Source: Kipferlia bialata
Lineage: Eukaryota
Length of the DNA: 37,471 nucleotides
NCBI GenBank assembly: GCA_003568945.1
Contig: BDIP01000043.1
Coordinates: 1 to 37,471, forward strand
Reading direction: 5' to 3'
Made by a program: the position numbers and the translations under genes. The notes beneath the pieces are model-generated. The model saw nothing but the letters and a program-made list of their open reading frames with translations. It had not been told where the DNA came from and ran no database searches. Of the stretch, positions 22,505-35,262 are shown in pieces (the stretch's first letter is position 1; each line of letters begins with the position of its first letter).

Positions 22505-23870
22505 GGAACCCAAGGGTCTGGTCGGAGGTTCGTATCCGATCAGTCAGATCCTTTCTACTGGCTACTTGTATGGACTCTCATCACTATAGTCTCCTTCATG
22601 GTGGCTCTGTGTACAGTTAGACAGGTACGTAGATGCAGGTGTTTCAAGGAGACGAGACGAGTGTTTCCATTGCCTGTTTCCTTTGTCAACGCCTCTAGTC
22701 TTCCTCATTTTCCACCAGTCTACCTATATCAATACTCAGTTCAGTGTATGTCATCATCAGTGGGTACGGGTCAACCCCCCCCCCCCCCTCCCGCCGCCGC
22801 CACCGCAATCATACAGTGTCTCTGTCCTTACTCTCTCCTCTGCCTATGTGTAGTGTCTATCTTGTTCTCGCTCCCTCCTTATCGCCAGGCTGTTTAAGGA
22901 TGAGCGTGTGGCCTATCAGCACGTTGTTTCAAGGATTCTCACAACAACAGAAGGTAAATACTCATCTCTCTCCTGTAAACACAACCAGAGTGAGACTGTA
23001 TTAGGTCTCTCTTGTGATCTCCCTCTCTCTCTGTCTCTCTCTCTCTCTCCCCCACCAACCCCTGCCCCAAACCTCACCCAGACACCATTGCTGTCTAGTA
23101 TCAGTCGTCCTGCGTTAGGGATCTGCTATGCAGGGGTGAGTCCACTTGTCATGACTCTGTATGTGTTATCAGACGATCTGTCTTCTGTGCAATGTGAACC
23201 CAAAGCGTACCTCTCTAACCCCTAGGAGTATTTACTTGTGAGACGAATGCCTCCTCTTTAGCTATTCACTTCCATGCTCACTTAAGGCTGTGTCTGCTAG
23301 AATCCACTTGATTTGTCTCAGAGTATTGCGACCAGTAATTTCCCTTGTATCTATAACTCCTAGCTCACATGTTCTTCCTGTCAGGGACCGGGGGGTAATG
23401 TCTTAGAGACAGGGACTCCCTGTTCTGGCATATCACTGGCACTTCAGAGAACAGGTACACTTCCTTCTCACTCTGTCATTGACATGTATCTCATACAGGG
23501 CTGTCAAGGTGACCACTCTCGGAGACCCTGAACAGGGTTCGTATAGACGTCATATGTGTATGGTGTGTAGTGTCAGTAAGACTGGTGAATCACCAGAGAC
23601 ACATTGTCCAGTCTCGTATACATTGCAATAAATGTGTGTGTTGTGAACCGCTCTAATACGGACACATCCTTAGAATGCAACAAGGTGAGCTGCACACACT
23701 GCAGACAGATACCCTCCAACAATACCACTACTAGGCTTCAGTATTGAGAGAGAGAGATGATAAGTGTATAGCAATACTATATTCATAGCGAGAAAACTCT
23801 AAACCCTTACTCCTGAACTCAAAAACCCAGCTGAGTCAGAGCTGTGCTCTCTCTGGAGCCGGTAGTAGAT

Positions 23871-24704
23871 ATGGCAGAGACTACAGTGCGCGTGCGCTTC
23901 GTGACGGACCTCCCCGAGGAGTTCCAGGTCGATGACACTGTGTTCGACCTGCCCGTGTCCTCCAGCCCTGAGCTCCTGTCCCAGCTGGTGCGGCATATCT
24001 CTCACCATATTCTCATATCATTGATGACTCCATGCGCTCTCTGACTTACTGTGCTGATATATATGTTATGTGAACACCTATGAGTGTGGTTGTGAGTGGC
24101 CAGTGCGTGTGGATGCCGTGTTTTGATACGATGTGATACTCATATACTGCCCTCACATTCAGATCAACTCCTCTCTGGATATGGAGGATGCAGCCAGGCC
24201 CTTCGACTTCAGGTGAGGCACTACTAGCACTGATTGTGGAATGTATGTGCGTGTCTGTATACCTGTGTGGTGTTGATGTATATATTCATGTGCGTCCCTC
24301 TATCTCTTGCTGCTATACTATACTACCCTCAGGAGTGGCAGCCGCATCCTCAAGACCACCCTGGGTGCCCTGCTCCTGTCCCTTGATCTGTCCTCTGAGG
24401 CAGAGCTGGAGCTGCACTACTCCCTCCACGTGCTGCCGCCAGAGCTCGACGCCCAGGTATCATACTTGTATATACCACATGTTTCTATCTATCTATCTTT
24501 CATTTGTGTATTTGGGTCTGTATCTCTTCCCTCTACTCCCCCCTCACTCTCTTGGCCCGTGTATCTGACTGGGCGTTCACTCTCTCTCTGTCTCTCTGTC
24601 TCTCTGTCTCTCTCTCTCCCTCTGTCCCTCTGTCTGTCTATCTCTCCCTCACCCCAGGCCCGTGTCTCTGACTGGGTGGGTGCCGTGTCAGCAATCGGAC
24701 CAAG
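23871..24704 (+). CDS. YTM1: YTM1/WDR12 ribosome biogenesis factor, N-terminal NLE (ubiquitin-like) domain only; apparently truncated
   Basis: Four exons: MAETTVRVRFVTDLPEEFQVDDTVFDLPVSSSPELLSQL / INSSLDMEDAARPFDFR / SGSRILKTTLGALL...SSEAELELHYSLHVLPP / ARVSDWVGAV. This fits the WDR12 N-terminus up to the first WD repeat (DWV.AV). Confidence 0.75.
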
Positions 24705-24825
24705 GTACATACAGATGCGTCTCTCTCTCTCTCTCTCTCTCTCTCTCCCCCCCCCCCCCCCCCCCCCTTCTCTCTCCCCCCCCCTCTGTCTTCTTCTCTC
24801 CCCCCCCCCCCCCCCCCCCTCTCCA
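24580..24825 (+). repeat. (CT)n microsatellites and poly-C tracts
   Basis: Directly visible long CT runs and several C homopolymers. Confidence 0.85.
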
Positions 24826-24950
24826 CCTGCTCCTTCACGAATATCTCATACATTCCCACTCGGAGTCCCAGTCATTGTCTCTGATACTCTGTCTGTCTAT
24901 TCGGTAAGTATTCATGTATCAAATCTCCAAAGGATGCCCCCCCCCCCCCT

Positions 24951-27900
24951 TCACTCCACACTGAGGCTCACAGACACATGCCCGTTCTGGAGCATGTGGG
25001 TCTTGGCCTAGAGTCAGACAGAGGGACATTGTACATGCAATGGAATTATACTGGGTCCGTCCCCTACACAATCTCTCTCACCTTCAGCTCCACAGCCAGC
25101 CTATTCCTCAGATAGTCCACTGTCTCTATGTCCTGGGTCAGGCACACCTTGAACTGCTCTCCATACCTGGGGTCAGGCATGTGTTACAGGTATATATGGA
25201 TATGATGCCACCACCAACTGCCTCTCTCAGGTATATATATATATATATATGGGTACCTGATGGACCCATCTATGCTGGTGAGCAGGTGCTGGCAGCTCCT
25301 GCACCCCACCCTGGCCTTGTTGAGGGAGTCCACCAGGCACTGCCAGGCCTCTCTCTCCTGTGCCGCCCCATCCTGTCTGGTCTGCCTCAGCTCGGCCTCC
25401 CTCCTCTCCCTCTCTCTCTCCCCCTCCCTCCACACCTGCATTGACGCCTCCACCGCTGCCTCTGCCTCTGCCAGGCCTGGGGCATGGGTCCTCAGGGTGT
25501 CCCTCAGCCCCTCTGCCTCCCGTGTCTGTGTCTGGAACTGTGCCCTGACCCCACCCAGTGCAGTGGAGGCACGGGCCAGGCAGGACACAACCTCGGCATA
25601 CCTGGCCTCACACGATGCCTCTGTCTCTCTGTCTGGGCCCTCAGATGGCACTGCATACTGGTACCCATAGGACTGGGTGGTCTGGTGCACCAGAGAGGAG
25701 GCATCGCCCAGCAGACACGAGGCCTGGGCACAGGCAGTGGAGAGGGCCTGGAGAGGAATGGAGGCCTGGGGTCAAGGGTGAGAGACTGATATATAGAGCA
25801 TCATAGCGTGAGATCAACCCCCATACTCTCACTGTACCTGCTGCCTGAGGGTGTGTAGGACTGCCTCTGCAGATACCACCCCCTCTCTCTCTCTGGTGGC
25901 CCCATCCCTCAGGCCAGTCAGGGTGTCTGAGTGCACCCCCATCTCCAGGTCAGACAGAGACTGGTGTCTGTCCCTCACACCCTGAAGCACTCTCGCCACT
26001 CTCTCAGTGCTTCCCTCACCCTCCTCCTCCTCTCCCTCTAGGAGACTACTGGCAGCTGCGTACTCCCCCAGGGCTGCATGTCTCTTCACCGAGTCTGCCA
26101 TCCGGTGTGCACTCTGCCCCAGGGTGGCTGCATTGGACTGGCCAGTCTGGATCTGGGGGGAGACAGGGTATACATGGGTCGCTGAACTGATACGTCTATA
26201 TAGTAATGCACGAGTATATGTCATTACCCTCCTGTTGACAAGCTGATACGCACCTTGACTCTCCACTCATCCAGCAGTGCCCTGAAGGCTGTGTTGTCCC
26301 ACCTGACGTGTGAGACATAGAAATACACTGTAAGACTATCATTGTGCTGCTAGCTCACACGTATTGATAACTGACACGTACCGCTGCCCCCACTGCGTGT
26401 GTGCGTGCGCCTCGTCTGCGTCCATGTGGGCCAGGGAGGTGAGGCCCCTAGTCACCAGAGAGTCAAGGTAGGTCACAAGGCCAGTCAGATACCTGGGGTG
26501 GGGGGTGTATCATACGGAGAGAGAGAGAGAGAGAGTCCCCATGCAGACACAAACCCCCTACCCCAGTCTGGAGTGCAGCACCTCCTGGCCCCTGTCTGCA
26601 TACTGCACCAGCAGTGTCTGCAGGGAATCCAGGTCCGGCAGCGGGTGGGGCCCCTGGTCAGGCCCTGCTGTGCCCTTGTCATCAGACCCTGACCCTATAG
26701 CCCCTGTCCCCAGGTCGTGTCTGGTCTCAGGGCCCCTGACTCCCTGTGCCCAGGGGGTGTCCTCTATGCCCCGGGTGGCCTCCTCCAATGCCGTCTGCAG
26801 CCCCTGCATGACCGCTAGATCGGTGGACAGCCGGTCAAGCCTCGCCTGGATCTGGGGTGAGGCGGGGCATATCCATTCCACTCATACATGTTGATTCATA
26901 TCCATATAGCGTTACAAATTCGGTGACAAGCCAGTCCAGCCCGTGTGTCTCTCACCTCTGTCTCGCACTCCACACCACGTGCCAGCACTGATGAGGGCAC
27001 GATGCCGCGGAAGGGGTCTGGGACAGAGACACCGGCCAGGAAGGGAGGGGGTGTGGGTGTGGGCTGGACGGATGTGTCTGCAGTCACCGTGTAGCCTGTG
27101 TCAGCCACTGCCTTGAGATACACCTTGTCATTCCTAGGGGTCAGGGGTGGATGCATAGTCAAGATCGACTGACTCTCTGTTGCAGACGTAGCATACTGCT
27201 GTAGCATGAGTGACCCCTGTGTCCCCACCTCCCGGCCCAGTCCTGGTGCATGTCCTCCAGCCTAGCCCTGACACTGTCAAACAGGGGTAGCTGGCACAGG
27301 TCGAGGCGCTTGGCCTTGGCCTTACTAACCTGCAGTGTAAGATGGGAGGGATACTGATACAGAGACGGATGTGGATACAGACACAGAGTGACACATAGTG
27401 GACAACTATATCTATATGGAGAATGGACCAGTCAGGCATAGGACCCTCTGTACCTGGTGCCGGGTTAGTTCCACCCCCTGGCCAAGGTGGTACAAGGTGA
27501 CAGGTACCCCACTCACTATGTGGTCCTGGGGTGGGTGTCAGCATCAGAGAAGGGCATGGGGAGAGACCCTACACAATGAGTCCACCCACCCTGTTGTCCA
27601 TACCTTGTTGTCGTGTATGGCCATGTCGGCCAGGTGCAGGTGCTGGGCTGCCCTGGGGGTGAGGGACGGACCAGGGGAAGAGAAGAGATGACAGGACTTA
27701 TCAGGCATTGGAGCACAATGTCAACTGGCCAAAGCACTCCTGTACACATATGGGACGACATATCCTTGGTACTCCTACCTGTATGTGTCTCTCCAGAGCT
27801 TGAGGCTCCTCCTCAGCTGCTCCAGCACTCTCTTGCTCAGGGGTCTCTGCACCGCTGTGAGGTCCAGCTGGGACACGGCCTGGGGTCAGGGCACACAGTT

Positions 27901-28956
27901 GAGAGGGTAGAGGGGGAGAGAGAGAGAGAGAGAGAGAGGCAAGCAAGCTAGTGGTGTGGGGATAGAGAGTGATACGAAGGGAAGGGGGGGGGGGGGTTCA
28001 GTGCAGCCTCTGCATGTATGGAGCAGACTTGGTGAATAGACGTCACTATACTCCATTCATATATGTATCTACATGTTTCTATCCCACCTGGGTGAATGTG
28101 TCTGCAGTAGCAGCAGCAGCGCCAGCCAGGTCCAGAGGGCTGGGAGCGGGTGTTGAGATACCCAGGATGGAGTAGTGGCATGCCCTTGCGGCACCCAGAC
28201 ATCTGAGAGAGAGCAGCGCTAGGGGTTCACGCTGGATGTCGTAGGTGGAGGCCTGAAGCGACGCCTGAAGTTAGATAGAAGGCCTCTGCAGAAGGGACAC
28301 CACTACATAGATGACTATACTGTCTTGTCTCTCTCTGTCACTGCCATGTGCCTACCTCACTGCCTATCACATGGCTCCTCACAGACTCATAGAGACTGGC
28401 CGCACTCAGATAGTGCCCCTTGATGACCAAGAGCTCACTGACGCCATTGGGCTGGGGTTAAGAAGCAGCAGCAGACAATGCATGACTAGTGATGTAACAT
28501 GTCAACATAAGTCACGTACAGAGATCCCAGCGGCCAGCTTCGTGTGGGCAACAGCCATATTGTACATGACACACACACCCTCGAGGTGGAGTGAGGGGGC
28601 GCTGCCCTTTACCCCAGCTTCACACGTATCATACCTATTGTGAGACACACATAGACATGGATACAATAGATACTAAGATTGGACAAGTCAAACTGGCCGT
28701 ACCAGGTGAAGGGATAGCTCGGGGCAAGTGTCTTGGGAAGAGCAGGAGATGATGCAACCATGCTAAGGTGTTGCAGGTATGAATCTGAAGCAGCCAGCCT
28801 CTCTTGCAGTGGTGTAGAGGGACTAGTGGCTGTGACTCTCAAACGACTAGTCTCTTCCAGGAAACTGGTAGGGAGGTTCGCCATGTCCTTCAAGATCTCC
28901 CCAATGGAATCAGTCCATCTGTATTCATCAGTGGTCTTGAATGTAAGCGTCTGCAT
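24951..28956 (-). CDS. BRO1/ALIX-family ESCRT-associated protein (Bro1 domain plus V-like coiled coil), multi-exon; an upstream exon is possible
   Basis: Spliced motifs YPFTWYDT, LHLEGVCVMYNMAVAH, STYDIQREPLALLSLRCLGAARAC, RNDKVYL and DPFRGIVPSSV, followed by long helical exons. The last exon AKTHMLQNGHVSVSLSVE* ends at 24951. Confidence 0.8.
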
Positions 28957-29261
28957 TTCTGCAGGACTGCTTGAGGTAAAAAGAAAGGTACTAGATGCAT
29001 CGATACTCCAATCGTGTATCGACAGTATATATACGGTGTTTTGCCTTAAGAAGCTGATTTAGGCCTATTCACCTGAGCTTAATTCGACAGTGAGGTTTTA
29101 CCAAAATATGGGTTCTTGCTTCCAGTGCAGACCAGAGTCAGTGGTCTCTATCGCACTGAAGCAGTGGGTCCTTTCAGTGTAGTTGATCAGTGGATTAGGT
29201 TTCTGGTGTACTTGAGTCGTTCATTGTACTTGGAAGTGCCTCTTAGCGGTGCTTCGGATCG

Positions 29262-31724
29262 ATGATGACTCATACCTCTCCTTCTGGAAAGGGGAGAGGG
29301 TCTTGGGGCCAAACACAGCCTACAATTGTCACAGAGTTTGCAGAGTCCCATTCTATGGCTGATTTGGCCTCGCCCCGTACTGCTTCAGCCATTATTGCGT
29401 CAGTGTACAATGAGGTTGATGGCCAGCACATTCCCAGACGTGAGAATTCGCAGATATACAGAAGCCCTTCATCAGCCTCTCTTTACAGGCCTTCCCCTAC
29501 GTCTCTTGAGAGGTCTCCGTCAGCTCTGACACTTGGCAGCCCGGGGTCAGGCGGCAGTGCCATACAGTGGGCCCAGATCCAGCCCTCCCAGAGGAATAGC
29601 AATGTGTCTCCAGGGCATGAGAATGTGGGCCATTCGGTGTCAGGCTCTCTGTCGCGGAGTCCTACTGTGTCCTCTCCCCTGTCTATGTCCATGTCCATGG
29701 CTGACATGTCCATGCATGGATATGGAAGTGAGAAGAGGCTCTCGATCCCTGTGTCCCCGAGTGGGTCTGTCGGTGCTGCCTCTCTCTCCATGTCCATGTC
29801 TCTCTCTCGATCACAGTTGGGAGGCGCAGACCCTGTGGGCTCTCATGCCTTCTCAGCCAGCCGGTCTCTGGTGTTCCCTGCCAGGGGTGCAGGACAAGGG
29901 ACAGGTCTGTCGAGGCTTGAGGAGAGGCGTCCAGCATCCCTATCCAGGGGCAGTGAGAGGGGTGCGTGTCCGTCCAGCCTCAACCTGGACTCTGCCTCGG
30001 AGAGAGTGCCGGGCAGCCTGTCCCACCGGACCTGTCAGGTGGATGCCCTGCCTGCCAAGGGGGGCACAGCTCTGGGGGGGAGGCCAGACGGGCATGCGTA
30101 CGACGCGTCCCGACACATCCAGCCCAGACGCCAGCTGTCCAAGGCCACGCTAGCCAGTATAGCTAGGAGGCGGCAGAGAGAGGAGAGGGGGGAGACACAG
30201 ACCAGGCAGAAGGGGCGCAAGCAGCAAGACCGGATGCACAGCAATGTGGGTGATGGGCGTAGGGAGGGAGAGAGAGGGGCCTCTGCCGTGAGTGATGGGG
30301 AGTCTGAGGAGGACTGGTCCTTCCCCCGCACCTCCTCCTCTGCCAACCTCAGCCGGAGGGAGAGAGACAGGCAGAGACAGAAGGGGGGCAGACGGGGTGG
30401 TGCCGCTGGTGAGGGGTACAAGCAGGGCCAGATACAGGAGGGCCTGCCCGTGGGTCTGTACACGCAGGAGGCCCCTCGGTCCAGACAGCGGTGTGGGTAT
30501 GGCACGAGGCGGGCACATGCCCGGCCCGACCGGCAGCTGCAGGCGTCCCGGCCCGACACCCCTCTCTACCAGACCCTGACCCTGCCAGAGTCAGACACAC
30601 ACACAGACACACACACAGACGCACACACAGAGGCAGGTGGCCCCCTGGGTGTGGAGGGCCAGGCCGTGCGGCACATCTTGGCCCTGTCCCAGTCGGGTGT
30701 CCCGGCATCCCACGCCCAAACCGTGTTTGCACGGTCTGGGGCTAGTTTTGGCACAAGCGAGGAGGCGAGGAGGCTTGCGAAGCGTCTGGGGAGGCTGGAG
30801 GAGGAGGAGGCTGCCATTCAGAAGAGACGGGAGAAGGACCGGCAGAGGATAGGGAGGGCCAGGGGTAGACACAGCCGATACAAGGACCTGTACCGTGGGG
30901 TGAGGACCCATGCGCAGGTGGAGGCAGAGGCCGAGGAGGCAGAGAGACAGCGGAAGGAGCAGGCACGGATACAGGAAGAGGAGGAGGCGGAGAGGGAGAG
31001 AGAGAGGGAGAGGGAGAGGGAGAGGCAAGAGAAGGAGAGACAGGAGGCTGAGGCCGAACCCGAGTCCCCCCCCGTACCCCAGCCTGTGGTGCCTGTGCTG
31101 GCCCCCTCACTGGTGGCTATGCTGTGTGCCGACCTGGACGTAGACCCTTCCACGTCAGACCCTGCCCCTCTCGGTGCTGGGCAGGGGTGGGAGCCTCTGC
31201 AGCCAGGTGTCCCCAGTCGTATATCTCATGGGGTATCTGGTGGGGAGTCCAGCGGGTCTGCGGGTTCATGCCCCCAGTCCGTGGCACCCACCCCTGCCCC
31301 CCTGGGTCAGGTTGGTATGGAGGGGGAGGGGGAGGATGTAGGAGACACGGTGCAGACCCCCTCATCAGTCCCTGTCTGTGCTGACGGCTCTGTACCTGCC
31401 TCCTCAGGTCCCGCCTCTCTCTCCTTCTCCTGGGCCGGTATAGCCAGACCCACCGGGGGGTTGGGAGGTGTCGGAGGGACAGCCCCCCCCCTCAGTATGG
31501 GTATAGGCATGGGAGGCATGGCATGGCCCCCCGGCCAGGATGATGGGGGGAGGGAGAGGGGCACCGCCTCTCACTCCCAGGGTGCGTATGGAGAGAGACC
31601 CCTGGATGCCGGGCCTACCACCGCTGTGTCCCACCCCTCCCGGGTCACCACGGGGTCTGCGTACCAGGGAGACGCCCTCTCCTCGCTGCACCTGATGGCT
31701 GTGCCCTCGGGAGTGGACCTGTGA
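29262..31724 (+). CDS. 820-aa intronless low-complexity hypothetical protein (Ser-rich, charged coiled coil, Pro/Gly-rich tail)
   Basis: Long uninterrupted ORF with an E/R-rich helix near 30760-31055. No recognisable catalytic motif. Confidence 0.75.
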   Translation: MMTHTSPSGKGRGSWGQTQPTIVTEFAESHSMADLASPRTASAIIASVYNEVDGQHIPRRENSQIYRSPSSASLYRPSPTSLERSPSALTLGSPGSGGSAIQWAQIQPSQRNSNVSPGHENVGHSVSGSLSRSPTVSSPLSMSMSMADMSMHGYGSEKRLSIPVSPSGSVGAASLSMSMSLSRSQLGGADPVGSHAFSASRSLVFPARGAGQGTGLSRLEERRPASLSRGSERGACPSSLNLDSASERVPGSLSHRTCQVDALPAKGGTALGGRPDGHAYDASRHIQPRRQLSKATLASIARRRQREERGETQTRQKGRKQQDRMHSNVGDGRREGERGASAVSDGESEEDWSFPRTSSSANLSRRERDRQRQKGGRRGGAAGEGYKQGQIQEGLPVGLYTQEAPRSRQRCGYGTRRAHARPDRQLQASRPDTPLYQTLTLPESDTHTDTHTDAHTEAGGPLGVEGQAVRHILALSQSGVPASHAQTVFARSGASFGTSEEARRLAKRLGRLEEEEAAIQKRREKDRQRIGRARGRHSRYKDLYRGVRTHAQVEAEAEEAERQRKEQARIQEEEEAERERERERERERQEKERQEAEAEPESPPVPQPVVPVLAPSLVAMLCADLDVDPSTSDPAPLGAGQGWEPLQPGVPSRISHGVSGGESSGSAGSCPQSVAPTPAPLGQVGMEGEGEDVGDTVQTPSSVPVCADGSVPASSGPASLSFSWAGIARPTGGLGGVGGTAPPLSMGIGMGGMAWPPGQDDGGRERGTASHSQGAYGERPLDAGPTTAVSHPSRVTTGSAYQGDALSSLHLMAVPSGVDL

Positions 31725-32384
31725 TGTAGGGGTCATGGGTGTGTAGTTGTATAGCTTGGTAGTGTATTATTTCAGCAATGTGTTTTCTAGTGTATTTATT
31801 GTGTTTAAAGGAAAATAGAGTGTCTCTTTGGTCACAGTATATTCATCTGACAGGAATACTAGGCCTATTAGAATAGACCCAGAGTACTCCAAGAATACAC
31901 TAATTCTGTACATCCAGAATTATTGTTGCGGTTAAGTTTGACTCTAAGGTGTCGAAAAAAAGGTGGAATTAGAGAAAAATATGGAATCGGCTCTATTTTG
32001 TATCTCTGAGATTAGCTGTTTTTATATGTTGTTAACATGACTCTTACCCTTGTTATCAGTGCGGTATGTTATATTCTTACTGCGGGGGAGGCCCAATAAG
32101 TGCAATCGGAGAAAAGTCGGAAAACAATAATCCGACTTACAAATTGCTAATTAACTTGACAACAATTGCTTTATACATGCTAAAAATCTAATATCGCCAC
32201 CCTAGTATTCAATAATCTCTAATATACTTGAGTTTTAAGAATTATTAGTAAGATTTAATATCGATTCCAGACTTTTTTACCAATTCCAAGTTTTTTTCTC
32301 TACCTTAGCTTGCCACTGGTCTCTACAGTCTGTAGTCAGTCCGTGGCTAGTTATTCATTATTCAATGAGTATACGCCGGACAAC

Positions 32385-33302
32385 ATGGTTGTGACTACTA
32401 TGGGGCGATATCGTATCCCACTGGAGGCTAATCTCCACTGGTACCTCACTTTGTATTTAGTGGGGGTTGTCCTGGTGCTTCTTCTGTGTGGAGCATACGT
32501 GTCTATGGCGCTATTGAAGGATATATGTGGTGCTCTGAGGTGTATGGAGGTATGTAGTGCCGAAAGGGAGGCTGAAGGTTTGAGCCTGGCCATCGAGTCT
32601 ACCATCGGACCGTGGGATAATATGAGAGTGGGACTCGACCATTGGGTGGGTATCCAGTGTCCCATGGATGTGGAGGTGAGAGCCATGTCTGCGGTTGGTG
32701 ACATACTCCCCCACCCCACGCATGGGCTGTTGATGCAGGTGAGCTCAGCGGCAGGGGGGGCAGGGGGGGGAGTGACATGCCTCACAGACACATCTGGACA
32801 CAGGGTAACCTCTAAGATGGGGTCCCAGGGTCCTCTGTGTGTGGAGTATGAGGGCCATAATGAGGATATCCCTTTGGGAGATACCCTTGTGAGGGGTATC
32901 CAGGGTCTGATGGACACTCTCCCCTCCCCCGATCGAGACATGCATTCCTATGTCCTGCACTCCTACTGTGCCACCTGCACCATACTGGACAAGGCCTCTG
33001 TCCACCCCTCCGCTATGAGCCACAGCCCCATGTGGGTGCTCTACCAGTATCTCTCCCAGGCCTCTGGGGTATCAGGTAGTGGGCCAGTTCCACACCCTGT
33101 GAGAGAGGCGGCAGTCTCGCTGGCTACTCTTGAGTACACCCTTCCATTCTCCTCGGTCGACACCCTCTTCTACGTACTACCCCTACTCCTGGCTCCACTG
33201 GAGGCCACCCTTATAGGGCTCAAGAGACAGCGTAGACATAGGCTTGGCAAGCGAAGCCTCAAAGACAAGATTACTCAACTGTTTGGTGGTCGGAAACAAT
33301 AG
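32385..33302 (+). CDS. Intronless hypothetical membrane protein (~305 aa)
   Basis: ORF from the first ATG at 32385. Hydrophobic segments WYLTLYLVGVVLVLLLCGAYVSMALL and LFYVLPLLLAPLEATLIGL, then a basic tail. Confidence 0.7.
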   Translation: MVVTTMGRYRIPLEANLHWYLTLYLVGVVLVLLLCGAYVSMALLKDICGALRCMEVCSAEREAEGLSLAIESTIGPWDNMRVGLDHWVGIQCPMDVEVRAMSAVGDILPHPTHGLLMQVSSAAGGAGGGVTCLTDTSGHRVTSKMGSQGPLCVEYEGHNEDIPLGDTLVRGIQGLMDTLPSPDRDMHSYVLHSYCATCTILDKASVHPSAMSHSPMWVLYQYLSQASGVSGSGPVPHPVREAAVSLATLEYTLPFSSVDTLFYVLPLLLAPLEATLIGLKRQRRHRLGKRSLKDKITQLFGGRKQ

Positions 33303-33416
33303 ATAGACCTGCTCGATGACTGACCGTCCATTCCCATATGACCATACAACGGCTTGGCAGCTGCCCATTTATGGATTCTTCAATTCACACGCAACGAGTA
33401 TACTCTAGCAGGCCCT

Positions 33417-35262
33417 TCAGTGCTTCATGCCGGCGAGGTACTTGACCATCCAGGAGTAGCAGTAGGGGATGTCCTCGATCAGGAGCCTCTCGGTGTCGGA
33501 GTGGGGGGACACGATGGTGGGTCCGATGGACACGGCCTCCATGTTGGGGCAGCACTTGAGGATGATGCCGGCCTCGAGTCCGGCGTGGATGGCCTCGATG
33601 GTGGGCTTGCGGCCGAACTCCTCCTCGTGGGCCTTGATGAGCTCCTTGAGCAGGGCGGACTCCATGTTGGGGGCCCAGCCGGGGTAGCGGTCGAGGGCGG
33701 CAGACACGTCGAAGCCGAACTTCTCACCGGTGGCCTTGACCTCGGCGTAGAGGGTGTCGAGGTCAGACTCCACAGAGGAACGGCCGGAGGTCACGATGTG
33801 GAACCCGTTGGCGGTGGCGAGGGTGGCGGTGGCAAAGGAGGTCTGCACAAGGCCCTCGACGTCAGCGGACATGGTCTTGGGTCCGTGGGGGAGGGCGAGG
33901 AGGAGGCCCAGGAGGGAGGCAGACACCTCAGCGGAGTAGGCCTGAGGTGGGGGGAGACTGGCATGTAATGAAGGACATGTTGGTACGTGTCAGAAGAGAA
34001 AACACGCAAACAAAACTGTACATTGAACGGTAGTGTAGAAGGAAATGTTACTATGTATACAAATGTGGAAACACGTACAGCTCCGTGGTTGGTTCCGGTG
34101 ACGGTCAGGGTGGCGCCGGGGTCGGTCTCCTTGTGGGGGGCCACTGCGTTGGCAAAGGCAGCCTGCATGGCGGCCTCGACATTCTCCTTGTCGGAGGTGA
34201 ACTCCACCACGCATGCACGGGGGATGGCGTTGTGAGCCTGGCCTCCCTGCATGGACAGGATGCGGCACCCGGGCACGGCGGTGGTGAGGCAGGTGGCCAT
34301 GATCTTGAGGGAGTTGCCACGGAGCTTGTGGATCTCCACACCGGTGTGGCCTCCAGCAAGGCCGGAGATCTCGGCACGGTAGGTGGTGGTCTCACAGGGG
34401 GAGGCCTCGGCCTTGAGGGCGTACTTGGTCACAAAGCCACCGGCGCAGGACACAGTCACGACACCAGCGTCCTCGGAGTCGACGTTGATGAGGTACTTGG
34501 AGCGGAGGCAGTTGGGGGCCAGGGCGGAGGCACCGATGAGGCCGATCTCCTCGTCACAGGTGATGAGGCACTCGCAGGCAGGCCTGGCCACGGTGGGGTC
34601 GGTCATGATGGCAAGGCCCAGGGCAATGCCGATGCCGTTGTCAGCACCTGGGGTCAGAACAGATACAACTCAGCAAGACATACAGTTACATACCGAGGGA
34701 GGTGTCGGTGGCAAGCATCCAGGTCTTGCCGTCGATCTCAGCGAGGCGGGGCTCGATGGGGTCGTTGATGAAGTCCATGACCTTGCCGGCCTTGGACACA
34801 CACACCATATCGGAGTGGCCCTGGAAGCACACGCCTGGCACGTCCTCGAAGCCGGGGGTGGCCACGCTCCTGACAATGATGTTCTTGGCGGTGTCAACCT
34901 CGTACTCCAGACCCATCTCCTCGATCATGGCGATCTGAGGTCAGGAACATAGCCAGAAACCGGTTACACCCATTCACATTGTTGACAAATGATAGTATGA
35001 CATAGTATGACAAGGATGACGAGTAATAGTACATACCATGCCGGGCATGATCTTGGCGTGGTGACCACTGCCGTTGGGGATCTCAAGCATCCTGAGGAAA
35101 ATCTTCCACACAGCCTCATTGCCGGGGAGCTGAGGTGAGGAGTAACGCAACCGAAACTACTCAGCCAATAAAACGTTGGATAACTATGACAAAGACAACA
35201 ACAAAAGACCCGATATGTACCTGAGGAAGAAGGTTCTTGCAGGCGTCAGTGATGAGATCCAT
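33417..35262 (-). CDS. pepD: Aminoacyl-histidine dipeptidase (peptidase M20C, PepD), 5 exons
   Basis: CFQGHSDMVC, TSLGADNGIGIA, LITCDEEIGLIGA, LINVDSED, GGHTGVEIH, IHAGLEAG, SIGPTIVSPHSDTERL. Third codon positions are strongly C/G. Confidence 0.93.

Noticed and set aside
22040..22897. 285-aa plus-strand ORF
   Set aside because: It is the antisense shadow of the first NLR-like exon plus low-complexity sequence, with no motif.
29483..31736. Multiple overlapping ORFs on both strands
   Set aside because: They are shadow frames of the GC-rich 820-aa ORF.
31740..32300. AT-rich block as a possible foreign insertion
   Set aside because: It has no ORF, terminal repeats or TSD, and is consistent with ordinary intergenic sequence.
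33354..34952. Long plus-strand ORFs (204, 227 and 189 aa)
   Set aside because: They are antisense to pepD and stay open because of its high GC3 codon bias.
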